Source: Tubiluchus corallicola
Lineage: Eukaryota; Animalia; Priapulida
Assembly (NCBI GenBank): GCA_030141605.1
Contig: JAQGDQ010000573.1
Location: 100,529-137,959, forward strand
Reading direction: 5' to 3'
DNA length: 37,431 nucleotides
The first letter of the stretch is position 1, and each line of letters opens with the position of its first letter. Positions 11,375 to 22,308 of this stretch are shown in pieces. The notes beneath the pieces are model-generated. The model worked only from the letters and a program-made list of their open reading frames with translations, was not told the DNA's origin and searched no databases. Made by a program: the position numbers and the translations under genes.

Positions 11375-12272
11375 TGTTTGTTCCTTATTGGGGGTGTGAT
11401 ATGTAGTAATAAATTGTCATTTCGACTCTATTATTCGGGTTCTGTTTTGGGTTTGGTGTTGAAGGACTTAATTGGGACATGCCGCACGGTGTGGGCCGCG
11501 GTGCCATCCGTCCTGCCTCCGTTAAAAGCGGACAGCAGTCCGATATTATATTAATAAATATTTTTAATCTATAACTAATGGGATTTCATATCCATTACAC
11601 TGTCCTTTCCCGGCAGTAATAATTTCATGAACTGTTTGCCTTTCACTGTGCAATAATCATTCCGTGCACGTACACGAATATTGACTAGGCAAACTACTTT
11701 GTAGCTCATTTACCTCTAGCTAAAGCGGACGGAGTTACTAAAGATGCTTAGATCTACTGAAGATGAAACGAGGTTGGTTACGCTGCTTCTATTTGTTGCT
11801 TGACAAACAAGACTTCAGAGTGTGTGTCTGAGGAGGATCCTCATAATCAAACAAGACTTCAGAGTGTGTGTCTGAGGATCATCAAATTATGGCGAATAAT
11901 ATCTTTTCATCCTGGCGAATGGAATTAGTTGCGTTATTATCTACAGGAAACTGACAGAATTATCTTTTTCAATCAGTACCTCAGTAAAATATCATACAAC
12001 TTATTTTTGTGATGAAATTATGCTTTTAGATGTTTGCTGAGTGTTTATAATACTTCTGGGTTTCGTTACGAGCTTTAACTATAATGCCACGCTACATTTT
12101 TAAATGTCCTCCAACCACTTATGTCATAAAAATAATGCGGTTTTTCGATCTTTCTAAAGTTTGCCAGTTAATATTTTGTAATTGCACACAATATTTCTTA
12201 TGTGTTTAACGTGCACGTGCGATTTGACACCATCTATTGCAAATATTGCGCGAAGAAAAACCAGCTTAATCA

Positions 12273-12336
12273 ATGCGGCTTTTTGAAGTCGGAACAGTAG
12301 CTGCTGCGCTTTGCATTGGCTTATATTCATCAGCAG
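12273..12336 (+). CDS. Candidate signal-peptide-like first coding exon (MRLFEVGTVAAALCIGLYSSA, phase-1 donor)
   Basis: ATG, a basic residue, a hydrophobic core and small residues, then CAG|GTAAAT. No downstream exon identified. Confidence 0.25.
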
Positions 12337-12659
12337 GTAAATGTAATGACAATCCAGGCTTGCATTGGGTTGTCAAGGTAACAAGGGAGGAGAGAGCAAG
12401 GTATGGTGTTTATTTTAATAGTGTTTTCTTGTTTTTGCCGTGCATGAATACCCACTGTTTCGTGACTTACAGTGCCTTGTGCGTTGAAACAAATCAGACT
12501 GCTAGATTGCTGATAGTAGTGAATTAGGCAGGTGATGTAAACCACTGCATTTAAGTACGAAAACAAAACGCACAGTTAGTCGTAGCTTCACTTTCTACCG
12601 AGAAGCATTTCTCTTCTGGTACTTCAGGCTAAGACAACTGCTTCCATAACACATTGTAC

Positions 12660-12990
12660 TGTAACGGATCCGGGTTCCAGCGGCGATCCGTCTCAGGATG
12701 TATAGAGCGGCATACAAGTTATGAAGTACTGCAGCAGACGAGAAAAGTAAAAAGAATACGAATGTGAAATAAACTTTAATGCACAACCAGTAGCTCCATG
12801 ACATGTGAACAGACTTTTGTATAAAAATCAGCAAACCTACAGCATTCACCTTTACAGACAGAAAGGCCAGGTTGGAATCCTCAAATTACGGCATACATTC
12901 TGTTTTATACAGGTACATTTGCATTACTTGGCTTCTCGACGCTACCCATTACTAACATTAGGGGGTTGGTCAAAATCTGCCTCCGTAACA
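12660..12990 (-). mobile_element. Probable solo LTR (Gypsy-like, 331 bp)
   Basis: TGTAACGGA...TCCGTAACA termini (8/9 inverted) and flanks GTAC/ATAC. On the minus strand TATAAAA (~12909) precedes ATTAAA (~12780), the order expected in an LTR. Confidence 0.55.
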
Positions 12991-13229
12991 ATACATTATA
13001 TTGTGTTATATATTATACTATGCATTATATTATGTTTTATATTCTACATATATTGTAGTAACAGAGATTGTGATTTTGTAGTTGAATTAATTGGACTTAA
13101 ACAGAAACAAGCAATACTCATCCCCAAAAGTAGAGAAGCCAAATGAGGAAGCCAGACACCTAAGATGAGACTCTTTTTATTAGTTTGCACAGTTTATCTA
13201 AACGAGGAAAAATGTGCTTCTATAAAGTT

Positions 13230-13531
13230 CTAGAGGTGTTTTTTGTGAAAGTGGGTAACATAGCCAGTCTTATAATCGACTCGACTATGCTGAATTCGAA
13301 AAAAAGCTGTTCCCAACTTGGAAATTAGCAAAAAGGGTCAAAAAAGGCAGAAAACAAAATGGCCACCGGGTCTAAAAGTTTAAAAGATAAGTGGTAAGTT
13401 GGCTGTCGCTAGCACATAACGGTCATATCTTAGCTATTATAACAGATGACGATTTTAGTGTTTAACTCAATGTAGTCAAATTGATAAGACTGGCTATATT
13501 GCCTACTTTTACACGAAAAAAACGCCTCTAG
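13230..13531. mobile_element. MITE with ~45-bp imperfect TIRs, superfamily unassigned
   Basis: CTAGAGGTGTTTTTTGTGAAAGTGGGTAACATAGCCAGTCTTAT ... ATAAGACTGGCTATATTGCCTACTTTTACACGAAAAAAACGCCTCTAG. Confidence 0.75.
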
Positions 13532-13533
13532 GG

Positions 13534-13781
13534 TAGGGGTGAGCATGCTCTACCAGAAAGCGAATTCGAATCGAACCGAATTTGTGACTTTCGAGTTCGA
13601 ATCGAACCGAACTTCAGTGTTTCGAATTCGAACCGAATTCGAATTGAGATTGAAAGATTTTCGAACAAGTTTTCGAACCACCAGTAAAAATTAGTCTTAC
13701 AAAGATCATGCATATCACTAGATTTTGGATTCGAACTAAAACCTGTTCGAATTCGATTCGAATGTTCGATGCTCACCCCTA
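13534..13781. mobile_element. hAT-like MITE family A, copy 2 (internally deleted)
   Basis: Perfect 13-bp TIR TAGGGGTGAGCAT / ATGCTCACCCCTA. Homologous to 3814-4208. No TSD. Confidence 0.85.
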
Positions 13782-13788
13782 GTAATAA

Positions 13789-13881
<93 letters not shown>
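13789..13881. repeat. (TAC)n microsatellite, ~31 units
   Basis: Directly visible. Confidence 0.97.
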
Positions 13882-13884
13882 AAC

Positions 13885-13993
13885 CAGGGCCTATTTCAAG
13901 GGGGGAAGTGGGGATACTTCCCCGGGGCCTCACCCTCTAGGGGGGGCCTCGCGCCAAGGTAACATTTTTTTGCTTTATGCGAACCTACCGTCT

Positions 13994-14078
<85 letters not shown>

Positions 14079-14360
14079 CCTCCCTCCCTCCCTCCCGCCG
14101 CACGCGCGCCGTTTGCCAGTATTGACAAGTATTAAGGACTGGTCTTGAGAATAAAGCAGTTTTTCTTTTAATTGTTCTTTCCTTTAACAACTGTATAACT
14201 CCATATTTTCTCTTCGAAAATGCTTCTCCGGCGTTCTAGCAGTTCAAAATTTTTCTGGGCGCCAACCATGGTGGCGCCCACTCCCCGGCGCTTCGCCCCC
14301 CCTTCCCGAGGGAGCCTCACACGCGCCACTTCCTCGGGCCTCGCTTAGACTGAAATAGGC
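13885..14360. mobile_element. hAT-like MITE family B, medium copy with internal (CT)n
   Basis: Starts CAGGGCCTATTTCAAG and ends CTGAAATAGGC with the last bases missing. Homologous to the copies at 6544 and 31353. Confidence 0.85.
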
Positions 14361-14892
14361 GGTTAAAAGTTTTCTTTCGATGCCAAAACATATTATAACA
14401 CCCATTTAACAGTTAGTAACGGCACATTAGTTTACTATAGGAAGAGGTATCAACAATGATATGACGACTACTGTTACATGTTCTCAGACATTGCAGTTTC
14501 TTTATCAGTTGACAACCGTAGGAATGGTTTCTGATCTTGCACTGTAGAGGTTTTTGTCCTTTACGAATTGTGCTGCATTTCAATTAGGTTTTTGCGAGTT
14601 GTTTCGCGTGCGTAAAATTCATTTAGTGGGAAAGCGTAATTGTGAAACCTTAGGCGGAACTAACGGCAACTTTCTTGGGGGTTGTCCACGTTTTTTTCAG
14701 GGTCTTTTGTTTGATGGCTTTAAGGTTGGTGGTTAGTGTAAAGCAATGACTTTAAAGGATTTTTTTATGCAACTCGACTCAGTGCAAGCCGGAACTGTCA
14801 TTTAACGGCAGAAGATTCTTTGCTGATGGCTCCGAAATAAAGCTGATTTTCATAGGTAATACTCCGATGTGAGATACTGAATTAAGATACTT

Positions 14893-15763
14893 ATTAATTG
14901 TTGTTTGAATGTACACTGTAATTAGTTGCTGTTTGAGTGTACATTGTAATTAGTTGTTGTTTAAATGTACATTGTAATTAGTTGTTGTTTTAATGTACAT
15001 TGTCATTAGTTGTTGTTTGAATGTACATTGTAATTAGTTGACGTTTTAATGTACATTGTAATTAGTTGATGTCTTAATGTACATGGGAATTAGTTGTTGT
15101 TTGAATGTACATTGTAATTAGTTGTTGTTTGAATGTACATTGTAATTAGTTGTTGTTTTAATGTACATTGTAATTAGTTGTTTTTTGAATGTACATTGTA
15201 ATTAGTTGTTGTTTGAATGTACATTGTAATTAGTTGACGTTTTAATGTACATTGTCATTAGTTGTTGTTTGAATGTACATTGTAATTAGTTGACGTTTTA
15301 ATGTACATTGTAATTAGTTAATGTTTTAATGTACATGGGAATTAGTTGTTGTTTTAATGTACATTGTAATTAGTTGTTGTTTGAATGTACATTGTAATTA
15401 GTTGACGTTTTAATGTACATTGTCATTAGTTGTTGTTTGAATGTACATTGTAATTAGTTGACGTTTTAATGTACATTGTAATTAGTTGATGTTTTAATGT
15501 ACATTGTCATTAGTTGTTGTTTGAATGTACATTGTAATTAGTTGACGTTTTAATGTACATTGTAATTAGTTGATGTTTTAATGTACATGGGAATTAGTTG
15601 TTGTTTTAATGTACCTTGTAATTAGTTGTTGTTTGAATGTACATTGTAATTAGTTGTTGTTTGAATGTACATTGTAATTAATTGTTGTTTGAATGTAAAT
15701 TGTAATTAGTTGTTGTTTGAATGTACATTGTAATTAGTTGTTGTTTGAATGTGCATTGTACAT
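14893..15763. repeat. 28-bp minisatellite, ~31 copies
   Basis: AATGTACATTGTAATTAGTTGTTGTTT(G/T). The unit contains the 10-bp palindrome AATGTACATT. Confidence 0.96.
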
Positions 15764-16594
15764 TCGTCAGTGAATTCATTTGTGCAGCAAAACGTGGTAG
15801 CCAGTACGGTTGAATGCATTTGGCATTTTCAAACAAGTCTATACTTGCATTCACAAGATGAATTCGTGTGCCCATGTTCATCAGTGTTAAGTACATAGTG
15901 TATTGCAGTTAAGTTAATTATACATACATATACATATAGCGCATGACATACGTAAATCGAAACCCTGTTCAGTTGCTAAGGTAAACAACCTTTGCGCCGT
16001 CGCCAGGTTTCACTACCATTACCTGCACTAACGCTTGTTGTTATGGCTTTTATGCACACTGAAGCCAAGCTGTCTGTTTACACCTCGTATCGGGACTAAT
16101 AAACAAATTACCATCAGAAGCAATTGGGCGTCGTCAATTACGCTTGACGGCATTTTCTTGTTAGCAATCTACGGCGTGTATCTGTCAGGTTATAGCAAAT
16201 GATGGGATTGTCCATTCTGGCGTTATGCGCTGCAAAAACTAGCAGTTGTGTTCTAATCAACTTTGTAGCATGAGTCGTGTTGTTGACGATAAGTTTTGTA
16301 AGAGTTGGTTGAATTCGGTTTCGCATAAGTTCGTGTTCTATTCCTTATCTCGGTGTTTTTTGTTTGTTTTATTCGGTTTTTATTTGTTTGTTGGCTTATT
16401 TTCTTATTTGCCAGTTTTTTCCTTTTATTCGTACATTGCTTCTTCCATGGCCCGTCGTTTTCCTTATTCAACTTTCAAGGTCATGTAGTATAATTGTTGT
16501 CTTTTTTGTTTCTGTGGGTTTTTGTTGACCGTTTTAATCATTTTTTCACTTTCCAAAGAATAATCTTCTATGATTTTATTATTTATTTGCTTAA

Positions 16595-16664
16595 AGCACA
16601 AGAGAACCCTTCAGAAACATAAAACTTGAAAAATTCATTTTGAAATTTTATATCACTTACATAC
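16595..16664. mobile_element. Kolobok-like MITE family C, copy 2, left arm (split by the Sola1 element)
   Basis: TTAA|AGCACAAGAGAACCCT...TATCACTT aligns to 7567-7631. Confidence 0.7.
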
Positions 16665-18338
16665 AGTTGGCTTCCTGATGAAATCTGCTATCTGCATTTT
16701 TGCGTTTTTCAAAAATGCATTTTTTTTTAAATTATACAGCATTACTCGAAACAACCTATGATTACAATACCAGTTTGCATTTTGTAAGATTTAACATGGC
16801 TTATGTAGTTTTTGTACCATTCTTGATATGTCCAAAAATAAAGGACTTAGCAGGTTTTTAAATTAAAGTATTGGATGTAGCAGTTCTTACTGAAGAGTAA
16901 TTATATGACAGGTAATAAACTAAGCACTAGAATCCATATAAACTTGTCATTTATTTGCATGCAGTACAAAGAAAAAGTAACATTAAACAAATTGTGATAA
17001 CTAACTAATGTGTTGCTTGAGCTTTTTCAGAAAATTTTCTTAGAACTCAGTTGAAAGAAAAAATTTCTTAGCTTGTTCTGAAAGCTTGTCTAGCTCTGTG
17101 ATGTCTTAATTTTACTTGACCATGACCACAAAAAACAGCAAATTTAAATAAAACATTTGCATTGCTGCATCTTTCAATTTTAGTGCTTGAGAGCATCATA
17201 GAAGGAATGATAGTCTTTTGGTATAACAGCCTTAAGTTCTTGGAGATTCTTCCATTTTGACTCAACAATTGTCCTGCTCTGAGTGAACAGCTGTGTAGCC
17301 GTTGGAGGATTCATGTCCATTCTGCTACTTACACGCCCTGGAGGTGGTAACAGTGTCCAGTCACCATATTTGGAATGGCTTAATTTATAGTGTATTAAAC
17401 CATCTGGACTGTATTTAATTGCTTTTAAATCCGAAACAGTAGGATCGCCAACTTTATGGCCTGGGCAAATGGATTTAAATTGACCAACTTGGGAAAAAAT
17501 CCTTAAAAAATGTGTGGTAAAGGATTTCACTTTGTATGGCTCTGGATGTTCTCGGGCTCTTTTGATTATATCGACATAGTCTGCAGGGCAATATATGGGC
17601 TTTTTCTTTGGTCTGATTCTTAGCTCGACTTTAGCGTGCACAATATCTACCTCCATTTGAGTGTGGCCTTTTTCAAGTATTTTTCGTGAAACAGTTTTCT
17701 TGCACTTGTTAGCGAATTCCAATAACGCATTTGAAAGTACTGCATTTCCATTTTGGTACCCGCATCCATCTGAGTACATTATGAAAGTATCATACTCCAG
17801 GTTTTCCTCTAGGTAGTTCGTTATACAGGAAGTGAACTCGTTAGCTGATAATCCGCCTTCCCCTTCATGCCAAACATAGCAAACAGTTTCATGAGAGGCC
17901 ATATTGTAAATAGTGAAAATGTGCACACATAGCTTTTGTTTGTAATACAAAGCAGAAGCTTGTAGGGAAGGTGAGAGCAAAACAGCCTGCATATCCATGC
18001 AAGTTACTAAAACTTTTTCCCCTTTATAATGAGGCTGAAGACTTTTAATGGCTTTTTCCTTGTCAGCTTGCTTTTCATCTCTTGCCTCATCCTTCTTTTT
18101 CCTGTGTTCCAGCCATTCTTCTTCTGTTATATTTCCTGTCTCATGACCCACGCATACATCACGCTGATCTTTTCCAGGTTGGAATAATGCCATGTTCCTC
18201 TTGAAACTCATCAATAAGAACCTGTCGTGATAATGATGTTATATTCCGTTCTTCACATTTCTCTTTGTAAAATTTGTACAGGTTAGTCATGGTTGATATT
18301 ACAGGTTCTAAATAAGTTTTGGTTGTAGAAGCACGACA

Positions 18339-18704
18339 AACATTTTTTTGTTTTCGCCTTGCGAAGATTTTTGTTACTGTTGCTTGATATATGTTTTGCT
18401 TTAAACTGAATTTTGCTTTTGCTCTTGAGTTTGATTTTGTTGCTTTTGTGTGATATAATTTTTGCCTTTAGTTGAATCCTGTTTTGTTTTGTTTATGATA
18501 ATTTCTTTTGTTTTCAGTTTAATTGCGTTTGTTTTATAAAAATGTCATCACCCTGTAAATAAACTTGTACTTTTAATAAGGGGCAGCTGACCAAGTGACC
18601 AATAGGTCTTTCGCTGCTCCTTCTCGGCTACAATGAAACATAAAAATAATTAAGATGAATTTTAAACTGCTATTGAGAAAATAAATAAAATTGAATTGAA
18701 TTGA
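18339..18704 (+). mobile_element. LINE 3'-UTR fragment (L2/Crack/CR1-like) inserted antisense into the transposase
   Basis: Separates the SHY and CR codons exactly. Contains a stem-loop at 18578-18622, then AATAAA and (TTGAA)3. Confidence 0.75.
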
Positions 18705-19305
18705 ATAGTGAGAAGGCATTTTGGGAAGCTTGTCTAAAAATTCTGTTCTCATGAATTCCCTCCCTTCATTGGCTCTATCGTAATATTTTGAACGTACTCC
18801 AGCATTTCTTGGAGTGACTGAACTCTGCCCAATCTTGGACTGACCACCTACCAAGTCCTGTAGTGGAAAGAAACATCATTCTGCACACGGGTTTGCGTTC
18901 ACCATCCTTTCTTAAGTAGTATCGAAATGTTAAGCTCCTTCGAGATTTTCACCTGCTGCTCGGCATCGTACTGCCTCAACTGTTTTAACGAAAATTTTCC
19001 GTTCACTCCACGTTAAGTTTTCCCAGATGTTGTCAAAAATGTTTCGCCTATCTTCTTCACTGAAATCCCCACACAACCTTGACTTGATGTTTTGACAACT
19101 TAATTTTCCGTTCAGCTATTTTCACTTTACGTGGTTCACCATTTATGTTTTTCAGACCGATATATGATTTTCCTTTTTCTCTCTGAGATTTATTAACATT
19201 TTGTTTCCATTTTTCTGGATTTTCCTTTTTAGATCTTTTTTTGGGAGATTCCATCTCCTTGCCTGCCTGATTATTTCCTGTTTGCACTTTATTTACCCCT
19301 TCTTC

Positions 19306-20724
19306 GTCAGATTCAGTTTCGGGTGCTGGTATGTATGTGGGGTCACTGTTGTAAGACTCACCACAGTCGGATTCGGTTTCGGGTTCTGGTATGTATGTGG
19401 GGTCACTGTTGTAAGACTCACCACAGTCGGATTCGGTTTCGGGTTCTGGTATGTATGTGGGGTCACTGTTGGAAGACTCACCACAGTCGGATTCGGTTTC
19501 GGGTTCTGGTATGTATGTGGGGTCACTGTTGTAAGACTCACCACAGTCGGATTCGGTTTCGGGTTCTAGTATGTATGTGGGGTCACTGTTGTAAGACTCA
19601 CCACAGTCGGATTCGGTTTCGGGTTCTGGTATGTATGTGGGGTCACTGTTGTAAGACTCACCACAGTCGGATTCGGTTTCGGGTTCTGGTATGTATGTGG
19701 GGGTCACTGTTGGAAGACTCACCACAGTCGGATTCGGTTTCGGGTTCTGGTATGTATGTGGGGTCACTGTTGTAAGACTCACCACAGTCGGATTCGGTTT
19801 CGGGTTCTAGTATGTATGTGGGGTCACTGTTGTAAGACTCACCACAGTCGGATTCGGTTTCGGGTTCTGGTATGTATGTGGGGGTCACTGTTGGAAGACT
19901 CACCACAGTCGGATTCGGTTTCGGGTTCTGGTATGTATGTGGGGGTCACTGTTGGAAGACTCACCACAGTCGGATTCGGTTTGGTATGTGGGTCACTGTT
20001 GGAAGACTCACCACAGTCGGATTCGGTTTCGGGTTCTAGTATGTATGTGGGGTCACTGTTGTAAGACTCACCACAGTCGGATTCGGTTTCGGGTTCTGGT
20101 ATGTATGTGGGGTCACTGTGGAAGACTCACCACAGTCGGATTCGGTTTCGGGTTCTGGTATGTATTGGGGGTCACTGTTGAAGATCACACAGTCGATTCG
20201 GTTTCGGGTTCTGGTATGTATGTGGGGGTCACTGTTGGAAGACTCACCACAGTCGGATTCGGTTTCGGGTTCTGGTATGTAAGTGGGGTCACTGTTGGAA
20301 GACTCACCACAGTCGGATTCGGTTTCGGGTTCTGGTATGTAAGTGGGGTCACTGTTGGAAGACTCACCACAGTCGGATTCGGTTTCGGGTTCTGGTATGT
20401 ATCTGGGGGTCACTGTTGGAAGACTCACCACAGTCGGATTCGGTTTGGTATGTGGAGTCACTGTTGGAAGACTCACCACAGTCGGATTCGGTTTCGGGTT
20501 CTGGTATGTATGTGGGGTCACTGTTGTAAGACTCACCACAGTCGGATTCGGTTTCGGGTTCTGGTATGTATGTGGGGTCACTGTTGGAAGACCCACCACA
20601 GTCGGATTCGGTTTCGGATTCTGGTATGTATCTGGGGGTCACTGTTGGAAGACTCACCACAGTCGGATTCGGTTTCGGGTTCTGGTATGTATGTGGGGTC
20701 ACTGTTGGAAGACCCACCACAGTC
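19306..20724 (-). repeat. 60-bp minisatellite, 24 units, inside the transposase 5' coding region
   Basis: Unit encodes DCGES(Y/S)NSDPTYIPEPETES. Two units are shortened by ~12 nt and several have a G5 instead of a G4 run. Confidence 0.96.
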
Positions 20725-21039
20725 AAATGCATCATTATCTAAATAATCCACTTTTTGCAGAATTTCGGCTGTTGCTGACTGACTAAACAACTCCTCATCA
20801 AGAGAGGTATCCAGGGCCATATCCTCAACTACGTCTGTCAACTCTTCTTCACGACTCAACTCTTCAAATAAGCTCTCTATGGTGGCTTCCATTGGCTGTG
20901 CATCTGCTGCATCCAATGGACTATGAAGACTGTTACTATTTTTCACTTCTGTAGTCCTTTCAGCCACTAGATTCTGTTTTCGGCTGAGCTCTAAGAGCAT
21001 TTTGCCTCTACTGAATTGGTTCATGGCTTATCTATAAAA

Positions 21040-21325
21040 CTGTAAAGAGTGCATTTAATAATAACAATCTCTACTTTGTACTAGAAAAAGTTGATAAACA
21101 CACAGACAAACAAGACATGCCTAATTACATTCACGTCACTACTGCTGATGCACCATAACATGCATTGTTAGTTTGAATGATAAACAAACAATTGTATGTT
21201 TTTTTTCAGTTGTATTGAATCAATGTCAAGTTTCTATTCTAATTTATAGACACTTCAGTAGAACAGAGCTTAATGAATCAGGTTTAATAATTTTAACATT
21301 AAAAATACTGTAGTAACTCGCTTAC
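21040..21325 (-). other. Predicted 5'-UTR intron of the transposase transcript
   Basis: Minus-strand AAG|GTAAG at 21325 and CTCTTTACAG| at 21040, 15 nt before the ATG. Confidence 0.5.
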
Positions 21326-21694
21326 CTTGTAACCTTGTTGAAGGTCAGCAGCTGTCTGCTATGCAGGATGCATTGTTATCTACGTAGCAGGTCTCATCAG
21401 TCCATTTTATTAACCAATCACATAGCTGCTTTACCATGGTTTCATTGGGTCATCATTTTAAGAATGTCTGCACCTACTTTGCTTCAAAAGGGATGTAGCA
21501 GTACTCATTACAAAACAGTTTTAGGGCTTGGATTTAGCTGGTTATTCTATTGTTGTATTACAGCCCTTAAAATGTAGAAAAGGCAGTACTAGGTATTATC
21601 AGGACATGCCAAGTGCTACGTATTTCATTTTGCATGAAAAATATCATTTTGGTCAAAATGGAGATAGCAGGTTTCAACAGGAAGCCATCGATAC

Positions 21695-22308
21695 TGCCTT
21701 TTTGCATGCAGGACTTCAATCGACAGTCACGCTGTGTAAAACATGCAAATTTAAACTCCCGCGATGACCGTTAGACGCAGCCATTTTCACGACAGGTCAT
21801 TTGAAACAAGTTTAGATAACATTTTGTAAAGTTTGAAGAAATAATCAGAGCATGCATAGCGCACAAGTCACTAACTAAATAAAATTTAAAATTACTGTAT
21901 CTTGTCAATAAGATTAAAAATACGTTTTTTGGTTAGTGAGTGGTGCACCCTGGAGGGTGAGTCAGGTACATTTTACCAATTGGTGAAAACATTTTAAATT
22001 ATTAATAATTTTCTTTTCTAGTTACATAAGTCTTTCTAGCAGGTAAGCGAAAATCTAAGCAATATAAATTTGCATGGAAAGTTTTTTGAGACATAATTTA
22101 ACATTTCCTTTTCTTCCCTTGATTTACGTTTGGTATATGACGTCATGTAATGGCGACTTCGGAACAGTATTGCGGGAGATTTAAAATGACAACAGACTAA
22201 AATTCCTTTCAGTGCGAGTACGATATGTGCATAAAATTGCTATAAAGTAATATAATTTTTTAAGGCGATTTCTCTGAAACCTACTTCAGGTACCCCTTTT
22301 CTTGTCTT
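21695..22308. mobile_element. Kolobok-like MITE family C, copy 2, right arm
   Basis: 21724-22308 aligns colinearly with 7635-8211 and ends TTTTCTTGTCTT|TTGA. Confidence 0.8.

Larger units (their letters stand above)
17180..21024 (-). pseudogene. Sola1-like DDD transposase pseudogene (frameshifts, LINE insertion, 20-aa repeat expansion)
   Basis: GCCATG start at 21024, then in order NPEKWKQN..GKSY, IFDNIW, VCRMMFLSTTGL, LPKMPSHY|CRASTTKTYLEP, KDQRDVC, DMQAVLLSP, LYYKQKL, WHEGEG, SDGCGYQN, GHTQMEVD, and a stop at 17180. Catalytic core is open over 17180-18214. Confidence 0.85.
16665..21690 (-). mobile_element. Sola1-type DNA transposon with both ends present, 5026 bp, decayed
   Basis: TIRs AGTTGGCTTCCTGATGAAATCTGCTATCTGCATTTT and (reverse complement) CGATGGCTTCCTGTTGAAACCTGCTATCTCCATTTT. 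4-bp TSD ATAC at 16661-16664 and 21691-21694. Transposase lies inside. Confidence 0.85.

Noticed and set aside
13736-14190. Poly-Thr, poly-Ser, SL and ER repeat ORFs
   Set aside because: Translations of the (TAC)n and (CT)n microsatellites.
18578-18622. Hammerhead ribozyme
   Set aside because: CTGA is followed by CCAAG rather than NGA, and the 3' side of the inner stem reads TTTC rather than GAAA, so the catalytic core is absent on either strand.
18339-18704. Spliceosomal intron in the transposase
   Set aside because: Minus-strand boundaries are TC...TT, not GT...AG, and the insert has LINE tail hallmarks on the plus strand.
19201-20786. Plus-strand and alternative-frame ORFs over the 60-bp array
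   Set aside because: These are shadow frames. Only the DPTYIPE frame joins the transposase on both sides.
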